From: Candidatus Multivoradales bacterium
GTDB taxonomy: Bacteria; Acidobacteriota; Thermoanaerobaculia; Multivoradales; JAHEKO01
Assembly (NCBI GenBank): GCA_965248055.1
Contig: CBDFIJ010000004.1
Location: 1,056,001-1,120,000, forward strand
DNA: 64,000 bases
Direction: 5' to 3'
Positions within the stretch are counted from its first letter, which is position 1, and every line of letters starts with the position of its first letter. Of the stretch, positions 1 to 7,847 are shown piece by piece. Both the position numbers and the translations under genes were made by a program. The notes under the pieces were generated by a model. The model made no database searches. It was not told the origin of the DNA and saw nothing but the letters and a program-made list of their open reading frames with translations.

Positions 1-280
1 GGAACAACAGATCGGCGTGAAACCGATTCTCTACACCAGTCCGGCCTTCTGGGATCAGCACCTGGACGACTCCTTCAGTGGCTACCCACTGTGGGTAGCC
101 GAGTATCAAGTCGACAGCCCCAAGCTTCCCCAAGGATGGAGCACCTACCTGATGTGGCAATTCGCTGGAGATGCTGAGGTTGCTGGCGTCGAACACGAGG
201 CTGACCTGAGCAAGCTCGGACCCCATATTCAGTTGGAGGATCTAAGGCTAACCAAACTGCCCCATCCCTCCACTTCTTAG
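1..280 (+). CDS. GH25 family muramidase/lysozyme, C-terminal part (truncated by window start)
   Basis: Open frame from window start; PILYT..FW, YPLWVAEY, W..WQF, GV...AD pattern typical of the GH25 C-terminus. Confidence 0.8.
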   Translation, partial: EQQIGVKPILYTSPAFWDQHLDDSFSGYPLWVAEYQVDSPKLPQGWSTYLMWQFAGDAEVAGVEHEADLSKLGPHIQLEDLRLTKLPHPSTS

Positions 281-383
281 CACTGTGCGAGTCCGCCACG
301 CACGCTTCACGACGTAGTACAATTCCCATGTCAGGCGTTCATTTGAGTCCTCCCGAACGCCCGATAGCCACCAAGAATCGACT

Positions 384-1601
384 GTGAATTCGGCCACTCT
401 CCCAGAACGCTCGCCAACAGCAACCGGTAGGGCCGGAGCAGCGGTGGCCGAGTCGATTTCGTCTCAGTCACCTTCAACCGAGCCGACTCTGCCACCGCGA
501 GAATTGGGGCGCATCGTCGGTGATGCTCCCGGCCCGGTGTTGGTCTGCGTCGCTGGTTTGCACGGTAATGAACCCAGTGGAGTTGAGGCTCTCAAGATCA
601 TCTTCAACGAGTTTTCTGATGTCCGGCTCAAGCGCGGCACGATGCTCGGTTTGACCGGCAATCGGCGCGCAGCGGCAGAGAATGTTCGTTACATCCACGA
701 AGACCTCAATCGCATCTGGACTCTGAGCCGTGTCCACGGGATCCGATCTGATAGCTGCACCCTGGAAGCAGAAGACTTCGAAATCGCCGGCCTCGATCGA
801 GCCTTGCGTAAGGCCAGAGAGCAGAGCGTAGGCACGCCCTATGTCTTGGATCTACACAGTACCTCTGGCCCCGGCAAAGCGTTCACCACCCTCGACGACA
901 GCTTGGTCAATCGCGATTTCGCGTTAGCGTTTCCAGTACCCCTGGTGGTCGGTTTGGAAGAGGAATTGGCCGGCACTCTACTCAACTTCTTGACCAGCGA
1001 AGGCTGGGTCAACGCTGGTTTTGAAGGCGGCCAGCACTTGGATCCAGAATCGGTGGACCGCTCCCGGGCAGCGATTTGGATCGCCATGGAGGCTGCGGGC
1101 TTGGTCGACCGAAAGGATCGTCCGGAGATACGCGCTGCCCACCAGGCTCTAGAAAATGAACATCGCTCCATGCCCAAGGTGGTTGAGGTTCGTTATCGGC
1201 ACCACATCGGAATTGACGACCGCTACCGGACAGAACCTGGGTTTAGTTCCTTCCAACGAATCTCGGCAGGGGATCAACTCGGCACCGATCGCAACGGCTC
1301 GGTAACCTCTCCCGAAGACGGTATGCTCTTGATGCCTCTATACCAAAAGCAGGGCGAGGACGGTTTCTTTGTCACCCGACCGGTCAAGATGTTCTGGCTC
1401 CGGCTGTCGGCACGGCTCCGGCCATTGCACTTTGATCGATTGATGCGCTGGCTGCCCGGCGTGAGCCTCCATCCAGAAGTCCCCCGCACCTTGGTGGTCA
1501 ATCGCCACTACGCCCGTTGGCGTGCCCTCGAGATCTTCCATTTACTGGGATTCCGGCGAGTTGGGGTTGAGGGTCAAGAATTGATTTTCGAGCGTCGATA
1601 A
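384..1601 (+). CDS. Succinylglutamate desuccinylase/aspartoacylase (M14-like) family protein
   Basis: AGLHGNEPSG, DLNR, LDLHS and FEGGQH motifs; start uncertain. Confidence 0.85.
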   Translation: MNSATLPERSPTATGRAGAAVAESISSQSPSTEPTLPPRELGRIVGDAPGPVLVCVAGLHGNEPSGVEALKIIFNEFSDVRLKRGTMLGLTGNRRAAAENVRYIHEDLNRIWTLSRVHGIRSDSCTLEAEDFEIAGLDRALRKAREQSVGTPYVLDLHSTSGPGKAFTTLDDSLVNRDFALAFPVPLVVGLEEELAGTLLNFLTSEGWVNAGFEGGQHLDPESVDRSRAAIWIAMEAAGLVDRKDRPEIRAAHQALENEHRSMPKVVEVRYRHHIGIDDRYRTEPGFSSFQRISAGDQLGTDRNGSVTSPEDGMLLMPLYQKQGEDGFFVTRPVKMFWLRLSARLRPLHFDRLMRWLPGVSLHPEVPRTLVVNRHYARWRALEIFHLLGFRRVGVEGQELIFERR

Positions 1602-1607
1602 CGGTCG

Positions 1608-2522
1608 CTATCTCCGGCACCAATACTGAAACCCTTGTTGCTGCAAAAACTCTTCGGCACCCTCGCCCTGAAGAATAGCTAGCGTGGCAATGGCCCCTGC
1701 CTCGAGGCAGGATGGGGCGGCCACGGTAACCGAACGCGGAGCGTCGACTACCGGCCAACCGCTGCTGGGGTCGAGCACGTGGCCGTAGCGCACACCGTCC
1801 TTTTGCAAGAACCTTCGGGCATCGCCGCTGGTCGCCAATCCACCCTGATAGAAACTGACAACAGTTGGTGTGGTGGCGGGAGGCACCGGTTCGATACCCA
1901 CTTGCCAAGGACGATCACCGGCGCATGGACGCGAGACCCGGATGTCTCCTCCCAGATTAATCAACACTCCAGCGTCGACGGCTTCGGAAACCATCTGGGC
2001 GGCTCGATCCGCAGCGTATTCTTTACCGATGCCACCTAAGTCGAGCTCCATTCCCGGGGGCATTCGCAGTTCGGCGCCATCCCACGACACTCGATGCCAG
2101 CCAAGCAACGGTAGCAACGCTTCCACTTTCTTGCCTTCAGGTAAGTTGTCACTGCCATCAAATCTCCAAACTCGCCGAAGGACTCCGGAGGTCGGATCAA
2201 ACTTGCCTTCGCTGAGTTCGTAGATCTGAGACGCAAAGTCCAACAGACCGCCAGTCTCGGCGTCCACGGAAACCGGCTCTCCATGACTACCGTTGATACG
2301 GGCAATGACGTTGTCATCGCGATAGCGACTGTACTTCTGCTCGATACGCTGAGACTCCTGATGTGCCACCCGCAGTGCTTCGATCGCCTGCTGTCGATCA
2401 TCTCCTTCGACTAAGACCTCGCAGTCGCTGGCCATGGACGAAAAGCTCCCCACCCAGAATCCCTCTTCCCGACGAATTCGAGTCCCGGACCCCGACAGTC
2501 TCTCGCGAGGCCGTCTCGCCAT
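1608..2522 (-). CDS. apbE: FAD:protein FMN transferase (ApbE)
   Basis: FDPT, LDLGGIGKEYAAD, NLGGD, LATSGD, YGHVLDP motifs. Confidence 0.92.
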   Translation of the reverse strand: MARRPRERLSGSGTRIRREEGFWVGSFSSMASDCEVLVEGDDRQQAIEALRVAHQESQRIEQKYSRYRDDNVIARINGSHGEPVSVDAETGGLLDFASQIYELSEGKFDPTSGVLRRVWRFDGSDNLPEGKKVEALLPLLGWHRVSWDGAELRMPPGMELDLGGIGKEYAADRAAQMVSEAVDAGVLINLGGDIRVSRPCAGDRPWQVGIEPVPPATTPTVVSFYQGGLATSGDARRFLQKDGVRYGHVLDPSSGWPVVDAPRSVTVAAPSCLEAGAIATLAILQGEGAEEFLQQQGFQYWCRR

Positions 2523-2528
2523 CGCCGG

Positions 2529-3821
2529 TTACCAGGAGAAACCGTAGCCCAACTGTACGATCAAGGCATCCACATCGGGAAACAGGTCCAAGTCTTGTTG
2601 GACACCGAAGGCGCCCGCCGAGCCACCGTTCATCTGTTTGTAGTAGGCCGCCCGAACGCTCATCCGCCGACCCTGGCCGACTGGAAAACCATACTTGAGG
2701 CCCACGGTCACGGTGTCGAGGTCGCCCAAGCGGTAATCTGCTGTCGCGTGGTTCGGTAGAGATTCACCTTGAATCAAACTCGGGGTAAAGAAATCTGCAC
2801 CGGTCTGAGTGTAGAAGCGCAACTGCGGTTCGATAAACCGCACCCCCGTGCCTATTCGATAGTGCAATTCAAGGGTATGCGAATCAATGCCCCAGTCGTC
2901 GGTCATGTAGCGATAAGAAGTATCCAAAATACTGTCCTTCAGATGATACTTTGCCTGACCAAACAGACTGTGCTTGGTCCGAGCGTCGGGTCGACTCTCA
3001 AATCGATAGAGAAATAATCCATCCGGTCCCGCAACCGGGTCGCCTCGGGTGGGCGCCACCACACTAACTATTTTGTAGGGGTCAGTCAGATAGCCGGAAG
3101 AGCTACTCAGGGAGTAGTTCAATTGGGTAACCAACTTGCGGCTAACGATCTGCGACCAACCGAGAACCAGGTCCGACACGGTCTTGCTTTCAGAACCGAG
3201 CTTGTTGCTCTGTCTATTGACGCCCAGCATCGGTGAGAGAGCGATCGGAGAACCACCGACTGGGTCGATGCTATCTGAGGCAAAGGCAAAGCCAGCCGAG
3301 AGCGTCGTGTTGTTCTGGTTGAAGTCGCGCGAATAACGACCATTGATTCCGGCGTGTAAGTAATCGTATTCAGTAGAGAACGACAGCCCCAAGTTGACCC
3401 GGTCATGGCGGCCGAGCAACCGCTCCCAATTGGCCGCCACCGCGAAGCGGGTATCCAAGAAAGTCGAATCCAGCGGCGTCTCTCCTGGCGCCGTGGTGTA
3501 AGAGCCCTCTCCGGAAGGATTGGTGAATGTCTGAGCAACGTTCGCCGGTAGAGCCCCACTTCCTGACGCCCCGCTCAAGGTGTCAACCGTCAGCTTGAGA
3601 GTTAGTTCGTTTTCCTCACGCAGCACCTTGCGAGCGAGTACGCTAACACTGGCGTCTGATACTCGATCCGTCTCCGCATAGTAGAGAAAACCAACGTCCA
3701 GCTTCCACGGGTCGGGAGCACTGTTGCTTTCGTCAGCACGGACATGGTTGCCCTGTGCCGAGCCCAACAGGGCGCAGGCTGCGGCAGCCAAAGGACCAGC
3801 GACCTTTCTCTTTAGTTGCAC
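2529..3821 (-). CDS. DUF3570-type outer-membrane beta-barrel with flavinylation motif
   Basis: Signal peptide, YYAETDRV, DTLSGAS, YRYMTDDWGIDSHT, terminal aromatic (FSW); GTG start overlaps upstream gene end. Confidence 0.85.
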   Translation of the reverse strand: MQLKRKVAGPLAAAACALLGSAQGNHVRADESNSAPDPWKLDVGFLYYAETDRVSDASVSVLARKVLREENELTLKLTVDTLSGASGSGALPANVAQTFTNPSGEGSYTTAPGETPLDSTFLDTRFAVAANWERLLGRHDRVNLGLSFSTEYDYLHAGINGRYSRDFNQNNTTLSAGFAFASDSIDPVGGSPIALSPMLGVNRQSNKLGSESKTVSDLVLGWSQIVSRKLVTQLNYSLSSSSGYLTDPYKIVSVVAPTRGDPVAGPDGLFLYRFESRPDARTKHSLFGQAKYHLKDSILDTSYRYMTDDWGIDSHTLELHYRIGTGVRFIEPQLRFYTQTGADFFTPSLIQGESLPNHATADYRLGDLDTVTVGLKYGFPVGQGRRMSVRAAYYKQMNGGSAGAFGVQQDLDLFPDVDALIVQLGYGFSW

Positions 3822-4054
3822 CCACAACCTCCACCGCCAAATCCGCGACCTCCACTCGAGGCTTCCTTACTGAAATAGATGTGGTCGTCGGTGGCCGCTT
3901 CGAGCGGATCACAAACCAGTTGCATCGACTGTTTGGCGTGCAGGTCCTTTTCCCAGGGTTGAACCGGGTTGCTGGCGCAACCCGCCAACAAGATAACGGA
4001 GCCCACGACAAGGGCTCCCCTATTGCGCCAGTAACTGTTGAATCTCAGCTTCAT
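3812..4054 (-). CDS. DUF4266-type small lipoprotein
   Basis: Lipobox LAGC, VQPWEK, HIYFSKEASSGG...GGGGCGCN C-terminus. Confidence 0.88.
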   Translation of the reverse strand: MKLRFNSYWRNRGALVVGSVILLAGCASNPVQPWEKDLHAKQSMQLVCDPLEAATDDHIYFSKEASSGGRGFGGGGCGCN

Positions 4055-4550
4055 ACTGCTCTGCCTCTTTACTCAAGAATCCAACGTGTCTAAATGCGAT
4101 TTTCCCATCCCGTCCCAAGACAATCGCCTCAGGCATCCCGGCCACGTGATATTGCTTAGCTAGCCTGGCCTCAGGGTCAAGCACGATCTGAAAGTTGACC
4201 GGAGTATCAGCCAGAAACTCCGCTGCAGATTCTGCTTCGCGATCGAGGTTGATCCCCAGGACCACTAGTCCGTCGTCGCGATGTTGCTCTTGAAGTTCAT
4301 CTAACCATGGAAAGGACTTGCGGCAAGGACCGCACCACGAAGCCCAGAAATCGAGGTAGACCACCTGTCCGTGATATTGATTGAGATCGAGGTCGTCAAC
4401 CGAAATTGTCGATCTGCCGGAAGCAGAGAATGCCTGATCGCTAGACACTGACCATAGACTCATGATCATCAACGTTATATACCCGAGAATCGTAGTTGGT
4501 TTCAATTTGCTCCCCGCCAGAAAAATCAGCCAGAACCTTCCATGCCCCAC
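4020..4550 (-). CDS. TlpA-family thioredoxin-like disulfide reductase
   Basis: DFWASWCGPC motif, GMP loop; true start probably downstream of 4550. Confidence 0.9.
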   Translation of the reverse strand: MGHGRFWLIFLAGSKLKPTTILGYITLMIMSLWSVSSDQAFSASGRSTISVDDLDLNQYHGQVVYLDFWASWCGPCRKSFPWLDELQEQHRDDGLVVLGINLDREAESAAEFLADTPVNFQIVLDPEARLAKQYHVAGMPEAIVLGRDGKIAFRHVGFLSKEAEQYEAEIQQLLAQ

Positions 4551-4569
4551 TGCAAGCCATGGGCCAAGC

Positions 4570-4759
4570 CACTGATCGACTGGTGCGGTCGCAAGGCCAC
4601 ATGCCCTGGCTGCCGGGGGTAATCCTGCACCCCAACGCCCCTCGCACTCTGATCGTCAACCGCCGCTATGCCCGCTGGCGCACGCTGAAGATCTTTCACT
4701 CGCTGGGATCTAGAAGGGTCGAGACCGAGGAGCAACAGTTGATTTTCGGGCGTCGCTAG
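4570..4759 (+). pseudogene. Diverged duplicate of the 3' end of the 384-1601 gene
   Basis: WLPGVILHPNAPRTLIVNRRYARWRTLKIFHSLGSRRVETEEQQLIFGRR* versus WLPGVSLHPEVPRTLVVNRHYARWRALEIFHLLGFRRVGVEGQELIFERR*. Confidence 0.85.
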
Positions 4760-4907
4760 AGCGTCTCCTTGACCCACTCGGTCTCTCCGGGATCTGTACT
4801 CTCGCCCTTCTGGGCACACCGCGAAAACTGGTTGCGGGAATAGAGAGAGCTCTAGTTTTCTCAGTTCGACTTCTGGTCCTAAACCTGTTCAGGAGCCACA
4901 GGCAAGG

Positions 4908-4937
4908 GAAAAAGGCCCCGGACAAGTCCGGGGCCTT
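4908..4937 (-). terminator. Rho-independent terminator downstream of DinB remnant
   Basis: AAGGCCCCGGAC-AA-GTCCGGGGCCTT hairpin with A-run on the left. Confidence 0.7.
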
Positions 4938-4965
4938 GGAAATCTAGGTGGTTGAGAATTGGGGA

Positions 4966-5159
4966 TTAGCCGTCAGCTCCTGTATCCCCATCTTCGCTGT
5001 CGTCACTATCTCCATCGGCACTTGCGTCATCCTGCGGCACGCTCCAGGGTGGAACGATACCCATTGACCGCTCGTAAGCGATCGATTGGCCCAGATGCTC
5101 GTGCGCGTGATTCATCAAGATCATGATGAATGCAACGCTTTGGTCTGCGGTTTTGGACC
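4966..5159 (-). pseudogene. Diverged, frameshifted duplicate of the 3' end of the DinB gene (6949-7614)
   Basis: Translates GPKPQTK/fs/AFIMILMNHAHEHLGQSIAYERSMGIVPPWSVPQDDASADGDSDDSEDGDTGADG*. Confidence 0.88.
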
Positions 5160-5163
5160 GTAT

Positions 5164-6717
5164 CTATTGGACGGCGATCTCGGTGACCGCCTGATTCTTC
5201 CGGAGAACGACCCATTCGTTCTCTTTGTTCAGCCAAGCTGGCCGATACCCTCCCAGATTCGATGGTTTTTTCTCAGTTGTGACGACCCAAACGGCTCCCG
5301 CCCTCCCCACTCCGATGTCCTGAGCGAAGTTCTCGCCTTGGTTTCCTACCGGTTCAGCTTTGCCATCTTGGCCAAAGGTCCAGACCGCGCCTTTGGAATC
5401 GACCGTATAGGCCTTGCCGTCCTGCCCCACCGCGATCCGCACTCCGGCGGCGGTGCCCCCTGCGGTGCCCCACGACTGGGTTTTCGCATCCTTCAACCAC
5501 TTCGGTGCATAACCGCCCGGCCGCTCTTCGGTACTGATGACCCAGACCGTGCCGTCGGCACCGACTCCGATGTCTTTGGCGAACTCTTCCCCTTCGGGCG
5601 ACAGTAGATCGCCGCCGCCCGCTTGAAGTAGCGTCCAGACCTTGCCTCCCGAGTTGACCGTGTACGCAATTCCGTCGGGCGCCACCGCAAGCCGCACCGC
5701 CGCCGCGTTCCCCCGAAGGGTTACCCAGGACTTAGACACCAGGTCTTTCAACCACATCGGCGCATAGCCGCCCGGCCGCTCCTCGTTGCCGATAATCCAA
5801 ACTGTACCGTCAGCACCGACCCCTATGTCTTTCGCAAATTTCGCCTCAGGCGAATACTTCACCCCCCTTCCTTGCGCAAAGAGACTGTAAACATCGCCAA
5901 ACGAGTTCACGGAAAACGCCGTGGAGGACTGTAGGAGGAGCGAGTTGATACTGCGAATCTTCTCGGCTGCCGGCCCGGGCACCTCGTCATACGCATACCG
6001 AAATACTTGCTCATCCCTGTACGTCGTCCAGAAGGGGCCGACGAAATAATCAGGATCGTGCTCTATCGATGCGGTGACGAAATACTCTCCAATGTCGTTC
6101 AAGAAGTCTGGTTGGTTTTCCCTGAAGGTCGCCTTGAAAAAAAAGTGCCGCTCCTTGGCCGCACTCGCGCTGCTGAGTGCCCTCCTCCAGTGTCCTGCTG
6201 CGGTTGCGTCATGTTTATGCCCCACACTGGTCCAGATGCCGATGTAGTCAACCGCCTCCGCCAGGTGCATAGCGTTGGTTCTGCCCCCAAAGTCGGGGTT
6301 CATCGCAGCCATGGTTGGCTTGCCAGGCGCGGCGCTTTGGATCTCTTTGGAGATCTTGTTGATCTTGGTCACGGTCTCCTTTTTTGCAAGCTGCAGCCAG
6401 ATCTGGAATCCCCAGGCAGCATCCTTTGTCTCTTCGACCGCGTCCCTGGTATTCGTGCCCCATTGGTACCCATCCTTCTGCACATAATCCGAAAGGTCGG
6501 AGAGCCAATGCAGCCCGGCATCCTTCACCAAATCAATAAACGCAGGGTAGTTGTCGTGGAGCGCCGCCTTGTCAAACATGACGGCGTTGAAGTTGCAGTC
6601 GATCAGGTTTCTGAGTAGCTTCAGAAAATCGGCCTCCGTCGTTGGCCAAACGGCGCCTCCACCGTAGCCATTGCCCCCAAAGACTGTCAAATGGTCCTTT
6701 TTCTCTGTCATCTGCAT
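5164..6717 (-). CDS. Two-domain protein: uncharacterised N-terminal alpha/beta domain plus C-terminal tectonin-like beta-propeller repeats
   Basis: RBS AGGAG; repeats FAKDIGVGADGTVW..ERPGGYAP.W alternating with VR(L/I)AV..DG.AYTV.S.G.VW. Confidence 0.65.
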   Translation of the reverse strand: MQMTEKKDHLTVFGGNGYGGGAVWPTTEADFLKLLRNLIDCNFNAVMFDKAALHDNYPAFIDLVKDAGLHWLSDLSDYVQKDGYQWGTNTRDAVEETKDAAWGFQIWLQLAKKETVTKINKISKEIQSAAPGKPTMAAMNPDFGGRTNAMHLAEAVDYIGIWTSVGHKHDATAAGHWRRALSSASAAKERHFFFKATFRENQPDFLNDIGEYFVTASIEHDPDYFVGPFWTTYRDEQVFRYAYDEVPGPAAEKIRSINSLLLQSSTAFSVNSFGDVYSLFAQGRGVKYSPEAKFAKDIGVGADGTVWIIGNEERPGGYAPMWLKDLVSKSWVTLRGNAAAVRLAVAPDGIAYTVNSGGKVWTLLQAGGGDLLSPEGEEFAKDIGVGADGTVWVISTEERPGGYAPKWLKDAKTQSWGTAGGTAAGVRIAVGQDGKAYTVDSKGAVWTFGQDGKAEPVGNQGENFAQDIGVGRAGAVWVVTTEKKPSNLGGYRPAWLNKENEWVVLRKNQAVTEIAVQ

Positions 6718-6890
6718 TGCTCCTGTTCATGGTCGTGAAGGCTGTAGAGGACACGACGTGCTTCACTGAACGAGCCCAAGGCGCCGACCAGCAGAAACCC
6801 AAGCGCCTGCCCAGCTTCCAAACTGACTAACTGACTAACTGACAGTCAGTTTAGCCGCAGTCGGGGGGATAAGCACGATCAACTACCGTC

Positions 6891-6922
6891 AAAGAAAGAG
6901 GCCCCGGAACTCCGGGGCCTTC
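6891..6922 (-). terminator. Rho-independent terminator of DinB gene
   Basis: AGGCCCCGGA-AC-TCCGGGGCCT hairpin with A-rich left flank; near-identical to the 4908 hairpin. Confidence 0.7.
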
Positions 6923-6948
6923 AATACTGTGAGAACTAGGGACCGAAA

Positions 6949-7614
6949 CTAGGAGTCGCTATCGTCTCCACCATCTTCGTCGCCAGCGTAGTCGTCATCT
7001 TCGCTGTCGTCACTATCTCCATCGTCATCAGCCGCAGCATCCTGAGGAACGCTCCAAGGCGGAACAACACCGATCGAACGGGCATAGGCGATCGACTGAC
7101 CCAAATGCTCGTGTGCATGACTCATCAAAATCAGCAGGTAGGCACGCTTAGTCTGCGGTTGCGGGCCAAACAGCTGAATCTCGGTATCTAGGTCGGTAAT
7201 CGTCGGGACGGCTGCTTTGACGTACTCCAATGATTCTTTGAGCTTGGCGATCACCGCGTCCTTCTCGGTGAGTTCGGCTTCCCACTTGCCCAGCAAGGAG
7301 AACGGTCCTCCGTCTTCCTGCGATGGAAGTTCGAGACCCTCTGGCAACTCTGCCCCCATAAAAGACGGCAGTAGTAGGTTGACACCGGTAATGTGCGCGT
7401 AGACCTCACTCACGGTGCGGACATCAACGCTGGGATTCCAACCGTATTGGTCCGCTGGTACCGCTTCGGCGAGTTCGACGACTCGACCAACGGTGAACTC
7501 GAGGTTGGCGACGACGTCGGAGGCAAATCCCGACATCTCATCTTGTGCCTGAACGGTAGGCACCAGAGCGAACATACAAACCAGCGCCAGCGCGCTCACG
7601 ATAATTTTCTTCAT
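6949..7614 (-). CDS. Secreted DinB-family protein with acidic tail
   Basis: Signal peptide, P..VRTVSEV..H, HAHEHLGQSIAYARSIGVVPPWS. Confidence 0.85.
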   Translation of the reverse strand: MKKIIVSALALVCMFALVPTVQAQDEMSGFASDVVANLEFTVGRVVELAEAVPADQYGWNPSVDVRTVSEVYAHITGVNLLLPSFMGAELPEGLELPSQEDGGPFSLLGKWEAELTEKDAVIAKLKESLEYVKAAVPTITDLDTEIQLFGPQPQTKRAYLLILMSHAHEHLGQSIAYARSIGVVPPWSVPQDAAADDDGDSDDSEDDDYAGDEDGGDDSDS

Positions 7615-7792
7615 CTCAGTCTCAACTCCTTCTAGGTTGATTGAATATTGCCGCGCTAATGACCACGCGCTGATCAGTTTACGACGCTACCCCGCTTGTG
7701 GTTGCATCGGGAGAAGTGTATTGCCAACAAATTAGTCGCTAGGCCCAGCGTGGCGACGACCATTCAAACCACCAACTGTATCCTTCAGCCAG

Positions 7793-7824
7793 AAACAAAC
7801 AGGGCGGAGACCAGCCCCGCCCTG
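7793..7824 (-). terminator. Rho-independent terminator after M2 peptidase
   Basis: CAGGGCGG(A/G)G stem followed by TTTGTTT on the minus strand. Confidence 0.6.
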
Positions 7825-7847
7825 GCGGAATCATGATCGCTGGAAGG

